Below are positions 54,079-64,000 of a DNA stretch of 64,000 nucleotides, in pieces. Position 1 is the stretch's first letter, and every line of letters starts with the position of its first letter. The notes under the pieces are model-generated. The model searched no databases. It was not told the origin of the DNA and saw nothing but the letters and a program-made list of their open reading frames with translations. The translations under genes were made by a program, and so were the position numbers. The DNA comes from Clostridia bacterium (GTDB taxonomy: Bacteria > Bacillota > Clostridia > TANB77 > CAG-465). Where the stretch lies: positions 83,008-147,007 of the forward strand of contig CAAHEI010000074.1 of assembly GCA_900772475.1 (NCBI GenBank). The letters are read 5' to 3'.

Positions 54079-54807
54079 TTATTTTATATTTTTTTGCCTT
54101 ACAACTTCATATATTGTAATAGCTGCAGAAACTGAAGCATTAAGCGAATTTATTTTTCCTGTCATAGGAATTTTCATAAGTGCATCGCAATTTTCTTTTA
54201 CAAGACGAGAAATTCCACTTCCCTCATTTCCAACTACAATACCAATGGCTCCTTCTAGTTTAGTATTGTATACTTCGCTCTCTCCATTCATGTCAAGTCC
54301 ATATATCCATAATCCGTTTTTCTTTAATTCTTTTATGCTTTCAGTTATATTTGTAACACGAGCAACTTTTACATATGAACACGCACCAGCCGCTACTTTT
54401 TCTACAGTATCTGTTATCTGACAAGCATTTCTTTTTTGAATTATAATTCCATGTACTCCCATACATTCACAACTACGTATTATAGCCCCTAAATTATGTG
54501 GATCCTCAATTTTATCAAGTATAATAATGAATGGTGATTCATTTTTACTTTTAGCATACTCTATAATTTCACTAACTTCAGAATATTTAAATTCTGTTAT
54601 GCTCGCAATAATTCCTTGAGAATTTTTCCCATCAATCATTTTATCTAATTTTTGTTTGTCAGTATTTACAACTATAATTTTTCTTTTCAATGCCTCTTTT
54701 ATAATTTGGTCAATATCTTTATTTGAAGTTTGTGCATATATTTTATTTATCGTAGTACCTGAATTTATTGCTTCAAGCACTGGATTTTTTCCATATACAA
54801 GTCCCAT
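54079..54807 (-). CDS. rlmB: 23S rRNA (guanosine-2'-O)-methyltransferase RlmB / TrmH-family SPOUT methyltransferase
   Basis: YGKNPVLEAI N-domain, LDKIEDPHNLGAIIRS, VVGNEGSGIS and IPMTGKINSLNASVSAAI motifs. Confidence 0.85.
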   Translation of the reverse strand: MGLVYGKNPVLEAINSGTTINKIYAQTSNKDIDQIIKEALKRKIIVVNTDKQKLDKMIDGKNSQGIIASITEFKYSEVSEIIEYAKSKNESPFIIILDKIEDPHNLGAIIRSCECMGVHGIIIQKRNACQITDTVEKVAAGACSYVKVARVTNITESIKELKKNGLWIYGLDMNGESEVYNTKLEGAIGIVVGNEGSGISRLVKENCDALMKIPMTGKINSLNASVSAAITIYEVVRQKNIK

Positions 54808-55082
54808 TTTTTTTATTCTCCTTAAAAACTATTTACATTTCATTAAAACTATGATATAATTAAATTTCTAATTTTTGTTAGTTTACGTAATAATTTATGT
54901 GATTTTTATGCAATATTGTTCTAAATATTGTGTATTATTAATATATTTAAATAAAATTTTATATAAAGGATGTGCTAATGTGAATTCTAAAAAGACTGAA
55001 GTTGAACTATGCTTTGTAGCTTTCGTGGCAAAAAGTATAAAAAATCTATTCATAAGGATTTTTAAAAACTAGTTCTAAATTG

Positions 55083-55111
55083 GTAGCTAGCTCTATGCTA
55101 GCTACTTTTTT
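55083..55111 (+). terminator. Intrinsic terminator (T-run on the plus strand) abutting the lepA stop
   Basis: 9-bp GC-containing stem GTAGCTAGC-tctat-GCTAGCTAC followed by T6. Confidence 0.6.
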
Positions 55112-55122
55112 ATTTGGCATTT

Positions 55123-56931
55123 TTATTCATCATCTAATTTTAACACTTTTATAAAGGCATCCTGTGGAAGTTCTACACTTCCAATTCTCCTCATCTTTTT
55201 CTTTCCTTCTTTTTGCTTTTCAAGAAGTTTTTTCTTTCTTGAAATATCTCCACCATAGCACTTAGCAAGTACATCTTTTCTTAATGCTTTTACAGTTTCA
55301 CGTGCTACAACTTTTCCGCCTATTGCCGCTTGAATTGGCACTTCAAAAAGTTGTCTTGGTATTATTTCCTTTAGTTTTTCTGCCATCTTTCTTCCTCTAG
55401 TTTCTGCTTTTTCACGGTTTACTATAAATGATAGGGCATCTACTGGCTCATTATTAAGTAAAATATCTAGCTTAACTAAATTTGCCTTTTCATATTTTTC
55501 TATTTCATAATCAAATGAAGCATAGCCTCTAGTTCTTGATTTTAAGCTATTAAAAAAATCATATATTATTTCATTTAAAGGTAAATAATATTCTAAACAT
55601 ACTCTCGTTGAATCCAAATATTTCATATTTAGGAATGTACCTCTTCTTTCTTCACAAAGTTGCATAATATTACCAACATATTCTTTTGGAGATATAATCT
55701 CAGTTTTAGCAATTGGCTCCTCTATATATGAAATTTCATTTTGTTTTGGCATTTCAGATGGATTATATAATTCAATTATCTCCCCATTTGATTTATAAAT
55801 TTTATATATAACAGACGGTGCCGTAGTAATTAAATTTAAATCATATTCTCTTTCAAGTCTTTCTTGAATAATTTCCATGTGTAGAAGTCCTAAAAAACCA
55901 CATCTAAATCCATGGCCAAGAGCTGATGAAGTCTCAAGTTTAAAATCTAATGCTGCATCATTCAATTTTAATTTTTCTAGTGCTTCTTTTAATTCCTCAT
56001 AATCTGTACCTTCTGCTGGAAAAATACCTGCGTATACCATTGATTTTGCTTTTTTATATCCTTGCAATGCTTCAGTAGCCGGATCTAATTTAAGAGTTAA
56101 TGTATCACCTACCCTAATATCTGAAACTTGTTTAATACTTGCTGCAATATATCCAACCTCACCTGCATATAGTTTATTAGCCTCAACATATCCTCCGGGT
56201 TTCATATATCCTATTTCTGTTATTTCGTATTCTTTTTTATTTGACATTGTATATACAACGTCACCCTTTTTTAATGTTCCATCTATTATACGTATAAAAG
56301 CAACCGCACCTTTATAATTATCATAAACTGAATCAAAAATTAATGCTTTTAAAGGCTTTTCATTATTGCCAATTGGTGCCGGAATATTTCTTACAATATC
56401 TTCTAACACCTCTTCTACATTAAGTCCAGTTTTTGCAGATATACAAGGTGCATGCATAGCTTCAATTCCAATTACATCCTCAATCTCCTTTTTTACTTCA
56501 TCAGGTCTAGCACTTGGAAGATCAATTTTATTTATTACTGGTAAAATTTCCAAATTATTTTCAAGTGCAAGATACACATTCGCTAATGTCTGAGCCTCTA
56601 CTCCTTGAGCAGCGTCAACGACTAGTATAGCTCCTTCACATGCTGCAAGTGCACGCGAAACCTCATAATTAAAGTCAACATGACCAGGAGTATCTATTAA
56701 ATTTAAAATATATTCTTTCCCATCACGTGCTTTATACTTCATTCTTACTGCTTGTGATTTTATTGTAATTCCTCTTTCTCTTTCTATTTCCATGTTATCA
56801 AGTAATTGTTCTTGCATATGCCTTTCATCAATACTCCCTGTAATTTGAAGTAATCTATCTGCAAGTGTTGATTTTCCGTGATCTATATGTGCAATTATAC
56901 TAAAGTTTCTTATATTTTCTTTATTAATCAT
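55123..56931 (-). CDS. lepA: Elongation factor 4 (LepA)
   Basis: [34 protein letters not shown], and the LepA-specific C-terminal domain. Confidence 0.97.
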   Translation of the reverse strand: MINKENIRNFSIIAHIDHGKSTLADRLLQITGSIDERHMQEQLLDNMEIERERGITIKSQAVRMKYKARDGKEYILNLIDTPGHVDFNYEVSRALAACEGAILVVDAAQGVEAQTLANVYLALENNLEILPVINKIDLPSARPDEVKKEIEDVIGIEAMHAPCISAKTGLNVEEVLEDIVRNIPAPIGNNEKPLKALIFDSVYDNYKGAVAFIRIIDGTLKKGDVVYTMSNKKEYEITEIGYMKPGGYVEANKLYAGEVGYIAASIKQVSDIRVGDTLTLKLDPATEALQGYKKAKSMVYAGIFPAEGTDYEELKEALEKLKLNDAALDFKLETSSALGHGFRCGFLGLLHMEIIQERLEREYDLNLITTAPSVIYKIYKSNGEIIELYNPSEMPKQNEISYIEEPIAKTEIISPKEYVGNIMQLCEERRGTFLNMKYLDSTRVCLEYYLPLNEIIYDFFNSLKSRTRGYASFDYEIEKYEKANLVKLDILLNNEPVDALSFIVNREKAETRGRKMAEKLKEIIPRQLFEVPIQAAIGGKVVARETVKALRKDVLAKCYGGDISRKKKLLEKQKEGKKKMRRIGSVELPQDAFIKVLKLDDE

Positions 56932-57193
56932 ATTTATCCTTTCTAAATTAACAATATAATTATATCAGTTTTTTTTTGTACAATCAAGCAAATAGCAAAA
57001 AGTCGTATGCATAATTTTACAAATTTATACATGTTACTTTTTTAATTATTCAAATTCACTACACAAATTATATTTCTTCTATTTCGTGCTTTTTGAAAAT
57101 ACACTACCATTTTTATATTATATTTTATCAATATATTCCTGTACTTTTTTTTGTGTGTATGATATAATTTTGCATATTTGGAGGAAAATATAT

Positions 57194-57649
57194 ATGTTAA
57201 ATATTGGAGATAATGTAAAAATTTTAAATACTAGCCTAGAAGGAGTTATAACCAAAATAACTATTAAAAATAGTACAAAAATATATAATATACAAATAAA
57301 TCAAAAAAACGTGATATTAGGTTCAGAACATATTGAGAAAATTAAAGAAAAAAATTGCAAAAATATTTCTACCTTACCTAAGTATTCATTTGAATATAAT
57401 AATAAATTTATACCTGAAATAACAATAAGACATCAAACTCTTGATATTGCTATGTATAATGTTGAAAAATTTATAGAAAATGCAATTTTTGAGGGAGTTA
57501 AAGATGTTAAAATTATACATGGAAGAAACGGTGGTATACTTAGAAGAGCTGTTCATACATATTTAAAACAAAATAAAAATGTTGAAAATTTTAGGCTTGG
57601 CAATTATTATGAAGGAAGTTATGGAGTTACCATTATAAAACTAAAATAA
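57194..57649 (+). CDS. Smr-domain protein (stand-alone KOW-like + Smr module, like the MutS2 C-terminus)
   Basis: IGDNVKILNTSLEGVITKI, then RHQTLDIAMYNVEKFIENA...VKIIHGRNGGILRRAVHTYL (Smr). The start was moved to ATG 57194 (SD GGAGGAAAA). Confidence 0.8.
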   Translation: MLNIGDNVKILNTSLEGVITKITIKNSTKIYNIQINQKNVILGSEHIEKIKEKNCKNISTLPKYSFEYNNKFIPEITIRHQTLDIAMYNVEKFIENAIFEGVKDVKIIHGRNGGILRRAVHTYLKQNKNVENFRLGNYYEGSYGVTIIKLK

Positions 57650-57897
57650 AAGATAATTAAATTTTACTATTTAGAATAGCTAAAAATTAAAAATTTAAAT
57701 AATTATAGGAAAAGATTGATATAATTATTTAATTTTTCTAGTCTGAATAGTAACTAATAAATTTAAAAAATTAGATTAAGGCATTGATTTATTTAATAAG
57801 ATATGATATACTTTTAACCTATTTAATATATTGTAAAGCTTATTTAATGTATAGGTTTTAATATTCCAATTATTAATATACTTAAGGAGGATTTTTT

Positions 57898-58260
57898 ATG
57901 ACAAAGTTGGAACTAGAAAGACTACTGGAAACATTTTCAATTAAGGGTGGAATAAAAGTCAGAAAAAAAACTGAAAGTAATTCCCCTTTCCTTCCTATTC
58001 AACTAAAGATTCAAAATATTTCTGAATATGAAGGATGTTATAACACTAACAACGAAATAATGGCTGTAATATTAAATGGAAAGCTTTATGTTCTTCCAAA
58101 AGGGATAATAAAAGAATATCTTTTACTGACATCAGGTCTTAAATATAAGTCTTTTGTTGTACCGCTTAGCGAATGTATATATGAATTCGAAAAGGAAATA
58201 GACCATGAAAGATGGCAACATCTTATGTGTATAAAAGAAAACATCATGGCTAGTTGGTAA
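57898..58260 (+). CDS. Hypothetical protein (120 aa)
   Basis: Strong SD TAAGGAGGA is present, and a terminator hairpin at 58270-58300 follows. No family recognised. Confidence 0.55.
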   Translation: MTKLELERLLETFSIKGGIKVRKKTESNSPFLPIQLKIQNISEYEGCYNTNNEIMAVILNGKLYVLPKGIIKEYLLLTSGLKYKSFVVPLSECIYEFEKEIDHERWQHLMCIKENIMASW

Positions 58261-58315
58261 AAAGAAAAATAGGCACTATAAAATTATAGTGTCTATTTTT
58301 TGTAATTTATAAATT

Positions 58316-58579
58316 TTAAATATAGCATCTATTTAAATATTCTTCTAAAGCCTTTGCAAGTTGATCAGGACAAGATGTACCTTTCATTCCACATTCAATG
58401 CCCCTTAGTTTTTCTATAACATCATCAACTTTCATACCTTTAACTAAGTTACATATTCCTTTTGTATTTCCTGCACATCCACCTATTATTTTAACCCAGT
58501 TAATTACTTTTGTTTCATCATTTATGCTTATAATATATTTAGAAGAACACACTCCTTCTGGTTTATAACTAAATTCCAT
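58316..58579 (-). CDS. TSCPD-domain protein (TIGR03905 family)
   Basis: GGCAGNTKGICNLVKGM...CGMKGTSCPDQLAKAL is the characteristic motif. Confidence 0.75.
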   Translation of the reverse strand: MEFSYKPEGVCSSKYIISINDETKVINWVKIIGGCAGNTKGICNLVKGMKVDDVIEKLRGIECGMKGTSCPDQLAKALEEYLNRCYI

Positions 58580-58592
58580 TAAAAATCACCTA

Positions 58593-59537
58593 CTATGCTT
58601 TATTATTACAACCAAGTACATCAACAATTTTGTGAGAAACCATCTCTTCAACAGCTTTTCTTGCTGCACCAAGATATGTTCTTGGATCAAACACTTCTGG
58701 TGTTTCTACAAAACATTTTCTAATATTTGCAGTCATTGCAAGTCTTATATCACTGTCAATATTAATCTTACATACTGCCATACTTGCTGCTTTTCTTAAC
58801 ATTTCTTCAGGTACCCCTTTAGCTCCTGGAATATTACCACCATACTCATTACACATTTTTACAAACTCTTGTGGTACTGATGATGCTCCATGTAAAACAA
58901 TAGGAAATCCTGGAAGTCTTTTTGATACTTCTTCTAAGATATCATATCTAAGCCTTGGTTCTCCCTTAAATTTGTATGCACCATGGCTTGTTCCAATAGC
59001 AATTGCAAGGGAATCACAGCCTGTTCTTTTTACAAACTCCTCTGCTTCATCAGGATTTGTGTACATTGCATCATCTTCTTTTACATTTACATCATCTTCA
59101 ATTCCAGCAAGTTTACCAATTTCAGCTTCAACCACAACTCCTCTTGGATGAGCGTATTCAACTACTTTTTTTGTAAGTGCTACGTTTGTTTCAAAATCAT
59201 ATTTAGAACCATCAATCATAACTGATGTAAAGCCACTATCAATACAATCCTTACAAGTTTCAAAATCAGGTCCATGATCCAAATGTAGTACAACTGGAAT
59301 ATCAATTCCGCTTTTTTTATTACATTCAATTGCAGATTCTACTAATTTTTTTAGATAAACAGGATTAGCATATTTTCTTGCTCCAGCTGATACTTGCAAA
59401 ATAACTGGTGCATTATTTTTTGTTGCTGCCTCCATTATTCCTTGTACTATTTCCATATTATTTACATTAAAAGCTCCTATTGCATATCCTCCATTGTATG
59501 CCTTTTCAAACATTTCCTTTGTTGTTACAAGTCCCAT
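58593..59537 (-). CDS. fba: Class II fructose-1,6-bisphosphate aldolase
   Basis: GYAIGAFNVNNME, LHLDHG, EAEIG, IAIGTSHGAYKF and LHGASSVP motifs. The start was moved to ATG 59537 (SD AAAGGGG). Confidence 0.93.
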   Translation of the reverse strand: MGLVTTKEMFEKAYNGGYAIGAFNVNNMEIVQGIMEAATKNNAPVILQVSAGARKYANPVYLKKLVESAIECNKKSGIDIPVVLHLDHGPDFETCKDCIDSGFTSVMIDGSKYDFETNVALTKKVVEYAHPRGVVVEAEIGKLAGIEDDVNVKEDDAMYTNPDEAEEFVKRTGCDSLAIAIGTSHGAYKFKGEPRLRYDILEEVSKRLPGFPIVLHGASSVPQEFVKMCNEYGGNIPGAKGVPEEMLRKAASMAVCKINIDSDIRLAMTANIRKCFVETPEVFDPRTYLGAARKAVEEMVSHKIVDVLGCNNKA

Positions 59538-59681
59538 ATTTATTACCCCTTTCAAAAAATACTATATATAACTTAAAAACATGTTCTATTGCCATGGTCT
59601 TTTATTTCCACCTAGCGTGTGTGCTGCTTAGGTTCTGCTTGACTAACCTCTTCTTTATTTGGTTTATACATTTCTGGATTT

Positions 59682-61103
59682 TTAACTCCGTATTTTTTCA
59701 TAACAATAACGTAATCTAGCATCAAGTACATCGAAACCAGTTACCTCATTATTTACATTACTCTCATCAATACCAAGACTTTTCTTCATTTCATTATCTT
59801 TTTCATCATTTGTACGATATTCCCTTTTTCCATCTTCATTTAAGTCATTAATTGAGTTTTCTAAAATTTCTTTAGAGCCACAGATAGATTCTATTGTCTC
59901 TATCACTTGTTCTGCCTCTTTATACTCTCCTCTACTTTTGTATTCCAAATATGCTTCTTTTAGCCTTTCAATTTCATAAGAGTCTACTTCTAAAGAATTA
60001 CTTGTTTCAGTTTTTATTCTATCGTTGTTTTCTTCTTCTTTTTGTTCATTTTCTTTACTAGTCCTTGCAATAGATGTATCAGTTGTTTCCTTATTTCCAC
60101 CAAGTTTCTTACGTTCGAGTTCTTCTTGTCTATCATCCCTATTTATATTTTCAATTAAAACATCTGGGCTAGATTTCATACTGGCTAGCTCTTTATCCTT
60201 TTCATATAATTCATTTTGAAGCTTTTGAAATGCTTCTTTATCAAAAGTCGCTGGATTAAGGGCCATACGAGCCATTTCTTCTTCTTTTTTTTCTTTTTCA
60301 TCATAAAGTAATACAATTCTAGCTATATCTTCTTCTCTTTCTTTCTCCTTAGCTTCTTCCTCTTTATTATGTTCATCTTTAATATCTTTTTGTTTAGCTG
60401 CAATTCTTTCATCATTTTCTATAGCTTTATGGCTAGGTAAAATAGAAGAATATTGCTTTCCTAATTTTTGAAGATAAACCTCATACATTCTATTTTCTGC
60501 TGCAAGTCTATCCTCCAAAGCAAAATCCCCATCTCTTCTTCTTACAATATCTGAATGCTTCATAATTTCTTTTCTGTTTTTTTCATATTTTTCTAAAGTA
60601 GCTTTATATATTGCTTTTATTGTTGCAGCTTTAACTATACTTTTAACATCTTTACTTGTAATATCTTTTTCTTCTTCAGTCATTTCTGCTAGTTCTTGCA
60701 TAATTCCTTCTTTATCAATTTTATCTGAAGACATTCTGCTTTTATCTATTTGTTCATTAACTGATTTTTCTAAATCTTCTTTTACAATGTCTTTACCCTC
60801 ATCTTTTTGTTTATCATCATTTCTATCATGGTCTTTATCTTTATCTTTTTGCTTATCACCATTTCTATCATCATTTAATAACGATTCAAATGATAACGAT
60901 TTAAAGGAAGATTCAGATAAATTTTGAAGAGTTGTCTTTTGAAAATCTATATTATTTGTCCTGTTATAATAATCAAGTATATCTTTCATATTTAAATACT
61001 GATTATCAATTTTAGCATCTCCAGTTTCCACCATATATGTCTTTTTTATTATTTTATTTAGATTATTTATTATTTCATTTTTCTCATTATTACTAAATTT
61101 CAT
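59682..61103 (-). CDS. Highly charged (K/E/D-rich) hypothetical protein, likely coiled-coil or disordered
   Basis: 473-aa ORF with SD TAGGAG. It has internal DKQKD/KDKD low-complexity runs and no TM segment. No family recognised. Confidence 0.55.
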   Translation of the reverse strand: MKFSNNEKNEIINNLNKIIKKTYMVETGDAKIDNQYLNMKDILDYYNRTNNIDFQKTTLQNLSESSFKSLSFESLLNDDRNGDKQKDKDKDHDRNDDKQKDEGKDIVKEDLEKSVNEQIDKSRMSSDKIDKEGIMQELAEMTEEEKDITSKDVKSIVKAATIKAIYKATLEKYEKNRKEIMKHSDIVRRRDGDFALEDRLAAENRMYEVYLQKLGKQYSSILPSHKAIENDERIAAKQKDIKDEHNKEEEAKEKEREEDIARIVLLYDEKEKKEEEMARMALNPATFDKEAFQKLQNELYEKDKELASMKSSPDVLIENINRDDRQEELERKKLGGNKETTDTSIARTSKENEQKEEENNDRIKTETSNSLEVDSYEIERLKEAYLEYKSRGEYKEAEQVIETIESICGSKEILENSINDLNEDGKREYRTNDEKDNEMKKSLGIDESNVNNEVTGFDVLDARLRYCYEKIRS

Positions 61104-61159
61104 TACATCAACTCCTATGTATATATTACTACATCAACAAACTAATTTCAATACATTTT

Positions 61160-61927
61160 TTAAAATTCAATATCTAGTTCTACAGGACAATGATCACTTC
61201 CAAAAATTTCACTATGAATTTTTGCATCTTTTATTTTATTTTTTATATCTTCTGATGTAATAAAATAATCAATTCTCCAACCAATATTTTTTTCTCTTGC
61301 ATTTCTCATATATGACCACCAAGAATACGCATCCGTTTTATCTGGATAGACATATCTAAAACTATCAACAAATCCTGAAGATAATAATTCTGTCATTTTT
61401 CCTCTTTCTTCATTAGTAAATCCTGCATTTCCAACATTAGATTTTGCATTTTTTATATCAATTTCATTATGTGCAACATTTAAGTCACCACATAAAATTA
61501 CTGGTTTTGTTTTATTTAAATTTAATAGATAATCTCTAAAATCATCTTCCCATTTCATTCTATACTCAAGCCTTGATAAATCTCTTTTTACATTTGGAGT
61601 ATAACAATCTACAAAGAAAAAATTATCATATTCTAACGTAATAACCCTTCCCTCATTATCATGTTCCTCTATTTCAATTCCATACGTCACATTTAAAGGT
61701 TTTTCTTTTGAAAATACCGCTGTTCCAGAATACCCTTTTTTTATGGCACTATTAAAAAATATGTTATATCCTTCAAAAATGCTTTTGGTGATTAAATCAA
61801 GTTGTTCTTCCTGCATTTTAGTTTCTTGAATACAAAAAATATCAGCGTCACATTCTTTAAAAAAATCAGCAAAACCTTTTGTAACGCAAGCTCTTAATCC
61901 ATTTACATTCCACGAAATAAATTTCAT
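61160..61927 (-). CDS. xth: Exodeoxyribonuclease III
   Basis: MKFISWNVNGLRA, CIQETK, GDLNVAH and GSDHCPV motifs. Confidence 0.93.
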   Translation of the reverse strand: MKFISWNVNGLRACVTKGFADFFKECDADIFCIQETKMQEEQLDLITKSIFEGYNIFFNSAIKKGYSGTAVFSKEKPLNVTYGIEIEEHDNEGRVITLEYDNFFFVDCYTPNVKRDLSRLEYRMKWEDDFRDYLLNLNKTKPVILCGDLNVAHNEIDIKNAKSNVGNAGFTNEERGKMTELLSSGFVDSFRYVYPDKTDAYSWWSYMRNAREKNIGWRIDYFITSEDIKNKIKDAKIHSEIFGSDHCPVELDIEF

Positions 61928-61944
61928 AAATCCTCCCTATTACC

Positions 61945-62568
61945 TTACACAAACTTTTTGCAAAAACTTGGTCTATGTATTGGTGTAAGTCCATATTTTT
62001 TTATAGCTTCAATATGAGCCTTAGTTCCATACCCTTTATGTTTTGCAAATCCATATTCTGGATATTTTTTATCATATTCTATAAGTAATCTATCCCTTGT
62101 AACTTTGGCAATAATTGACGCTGCCGCAATGGATTCAGATTTAGAATCTCCTTTTACTACAGTTTCAAGTGGAATATCTGTGTCTATTTTTTGATTACCA
62201 TCAACAAGCACATATTCTGGATTTACTTTTAAATTAGAAATAGCCTGTAGCATTGCCTTTTTAGTTGCATTAAGTATGTTTACTTCTTCTATGATATCTA
62301 CATCAGATACGCCCACACCAACTGAGACTGCATTTTGCATAATATCATCGTATAATTTTTCACGCCTTTTTTCTGTTAATTTTTTTGAATCATTTACACC
62401 TTCAATATGTGCATCTTTTGGAAGAATTACAGCTGCTGCAACCACAGGGCCACACAACGGTCCTCTTCCTGCTTCATCAACACCACATACAAGTTCATAT
62501 CCTTTTTTATTTAATTCATGTTCAATTTTAAGCATATTATCAAGTCTTGTTATTTCTTTTTCATTCAT
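61945..62568 (-). CDS. rnhB: Ribonuclease HII
   Basis: GVDEAGRGPLCGPVVAAAV, DSKKLT, and the ASIIAKVTRD motif. Confidence 0.93.
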   Translation of the reverse strand: MNEKEITRLDNMLKIEHELNKKGYELVCGVDEAGRGPLCGPVVAAAVILPKDAHIEGVNDSKKLTEKRREKLYDDIMQNAVSVGVGVSDVDIIEEVNILNATKKAMLQAISNLKVNPEYVLVDGNQKIDTDIPLETVVKGDSKSESIAAASIIAKVTRDRLLIEYDKKYPEYGFAKHKGYGTKAHIEAIKKYGLTPIHRPSFCKKFV

Positions 62569-62581
62569 ATCTTTTACCTCT

Positions 62582-63436
62582 TTATATATCCAAACATTCT
62601 TTATACACTACATCTTTATTTACACCTTTTAGTTTTGCAACTTTTTTTATAGCATCTTTTTTAGTATCACCATTTTTCATATACTCTTTTACTAGTTCTA
62701 ATGAGTTTATTTGTTCTATTTCTTTATTTTTTTCTTCATTTATTTTATCCTCACTTGCTCCTGAAATCACTAAAACTATTTCACCTTTTATCCCATTTTC
62801 TTCAATATTTATAATTGCATCTTTAAAATTAGTATATCTATATTCTTCATGTATCTTTGTAAGTTCTCTTGCAATACATATATCTCTATTTCCAAAATAT
62901 TCATACATATCTTTAAGAGTTGAAAGTATCTTATGTGGTGCTTCATAAAAAATCATTGTCCTTGTCTCATTTACAAGAGATTTTAATCTTTCTTTTCTTT
63001 GCTTTTTATTTACAGACAAAAAACCCTCAAAAGTAAATCTGGTTGAATCAAGTCCAGATTTAACAATTGCAGTTATAAGAGCTGTAACACCTGGGACTAC
63101 TTCAATATCATAATTATTTTTTACTAAATATTTAACTAAATTTTGACCAGGGTCGGATATTATCGGCATCCCAGCATCTGATACTAACGCAAGATTTTTT
63201 CCAGAATTTAAAATTTCAACAATTTTTTCTATCTTATCATCTTCATTATGTCTATGATAACTTATCATATGTTTTGAAATTTCAAAATGATTTAAAAGTT
63301 TTAAAGTTTGTCTTGTATCTTCTGCAAGAATAACATCAACTTTTTTTAAAATTTCTACTGCTCTTATTGTTATATCATCTAAATTTCCTATAGGTGTTCC
63401 TACTATATATAATTTTCCATTACATTTTACTTGCAT
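62582..63436 (-). CDS. rsmI: 16S rRNA (cytidine1402-2'-O)-methyltransferase RsmI
   Basis: KLYIVGTPIGNLDDITIRA, AEDTR, SDAGMPIISDPG and FYEAPHK motifs. The start was chosen at ATG 63436; an alternative ATG is at 63451. Confidence 0.88.
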   Translation of the reverse strand: MQVKCNGKLYIVGTPIGNLDDITIRAVEILKKVDVILAEDTRQTLKLLNHFEISKHMISYHRHNEDDKIEKIVEILNSGKNLALVSDAGMPIISDPGQNLVKYLVKNNYDIEVVPGVTALITAIVKSGLDSTRFTFEGFLSVNKKQRKERLKSLVNETRTMIFYEAPHKILSTLKDMYEYFGNRDICIARELTKIHEEYRYTNFKDAIINIEENGIKGEIVLVISGASEDKINEEKNKEIEQINSLELVKEYMKNGDTKKDAIKKVAKLKGVNKDVVYKECLDI

Positions 63437-63555
63437 ACTTAATCCCTTCATTTTCTTTTGTATTATATAACATTTATATATTTTTTTCAATAGAAATATA
63501 TCCTTTTATTAATAGAAAAAGCAGGGTAAATTAACACCCTACTAATACAAATTAT

Positions 63556-63825
63556 TTAAACACTTACACCCATTTTTATAAGGAGTCTTGAAACTTCAAT
63601 ATACCCATTATATATGGTATATCTTAAGACTTCATCATTGCATATTGATAATTCATATTTCTTGTCAATACAATCTTGTAAAGAAACTGGATCATTAATT
63701 ACACATGCACATACGACGTCTACCTCTTTAGGATCATATTTCTTCTTAATTTCATTAAGATTTGATGTAGTTAGTCTACCACTGTTATAACACTTAACAA
63801 GCTCATTAAAAAGACTATTTTTCAA
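63556..63825 (-). CDS. Small hypothetical protein with one ankyrin-repeat-like segment
   Basis: TTG start 8 nt after SD GGAGG. The C-terminal DEVLRYTIYNGYIEVSRLLIKMG resembles an ankyrin repeat. Tentative. Confidence 0.4.
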   Translation of the reverse strand: MKNSLFNELVKCYNSGRLTTSNLNEIKKKYDPKEVDVVCACVINDPVSLQDCIDKKYELSICNDEVLRYTIYNGYIEVSRLLIKMGVSV

Positions 63826-63927
63826 AATAATTACCTCCAAATTTAAATTTAGCAAATATATATTAATATATATAATAAAAATTTTTTTCATATTTTATCA
63901 CGGTTCACTAAAAAATACAAGTTTTTT

Positions 63928-64000
63928 CTATAATTTATAATATATTTTTAAAAATTCTTCGGTATAACACATATTCTCATCGTATTCTACTAAAGGCTCA
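63928..64000 (-). CDS. 3' end of a CDS truncated by the window edge (unknown product)
   Basis: The open frame enters from the right edge (EPLVEYDENMCYTEEFLKIYYKL) and ends at TAG (63928-63930 on the plus strand). Confidence 0.3.
   Translation of the reverse strand, partial: EPLVEYDENMCYTEEFLKIYYKL

Noticed and set aside
59600-59650. GC-richer segment between the 473-aa ORF and fba, as a small RNA or terminator.
   Set aside because: There is only an imperfect 7-bp hairpin with a bulge and no T-run. The evidence is insufficient to call a feature.

Overview
64-kb chromosomal window from a very AT-rich, low-GC Firmicute. It looks Clostridia-like: abrB with a Cys-rich tail, a SpoVB-type flippase, whiA, DUF4364, a DUF421/DUF4363 pair and the tig-clpP-clpX cluster. 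I saw no rRNA, tRNA, CRISPR array, transposase or clear prophage. About 60 protein genes are supported. Most are housekeeping: ymdB, cysE, abrB, rlmH, murA, rpmE, prmC, whiA, hemW, polA, yebC, clpX, clpP, tig, typA, plsC, cmk, serS, engB, dapA, rlmB, lepA, fba, xth, rnhB, rsmI. Many ORF-track N-termini were trimmed to the first start codon with a Shine-Dalgarno (SD) sequence.

Main observations worth a second look:
1. A 7.7-kb two-gene locus (31856-39515, minus strand) encodes the full domain set of a cyclic beta-1,2-glucan synthase (Cgs/NdvB/ChvB type). It is split into a 1867-aa and a 683-aa polypeptide at a stop/SD/ATG coupling junction.
2. Directly upstream lies a 1.5-kb region with no long ORFs. 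It contains a perfect consensus promoter driving a tandemly duplicated array of four SD-led mini-ORFs (10-11 codons), ending at a strong terminator. A 46-nt element is shared between this promoter region and the cgs promoter region.
3. A roughly 150-nt paired leader plus intrinsic terminator sits upstream of hemW and is not a canonical T-box.
4. DUF1385 and PrmC are fused into one ORF, followed by a shortened WhiA.
5. A leucine-rich-repeat protein gene is frameshifted by a 17-nt deletion inside its repeat array.
6. A tandem segmental duplication left an engB relic pseudogene and two diverged paralogous genes of unknown function.

All family calls come from motif recognition by eye; no database search was possible.
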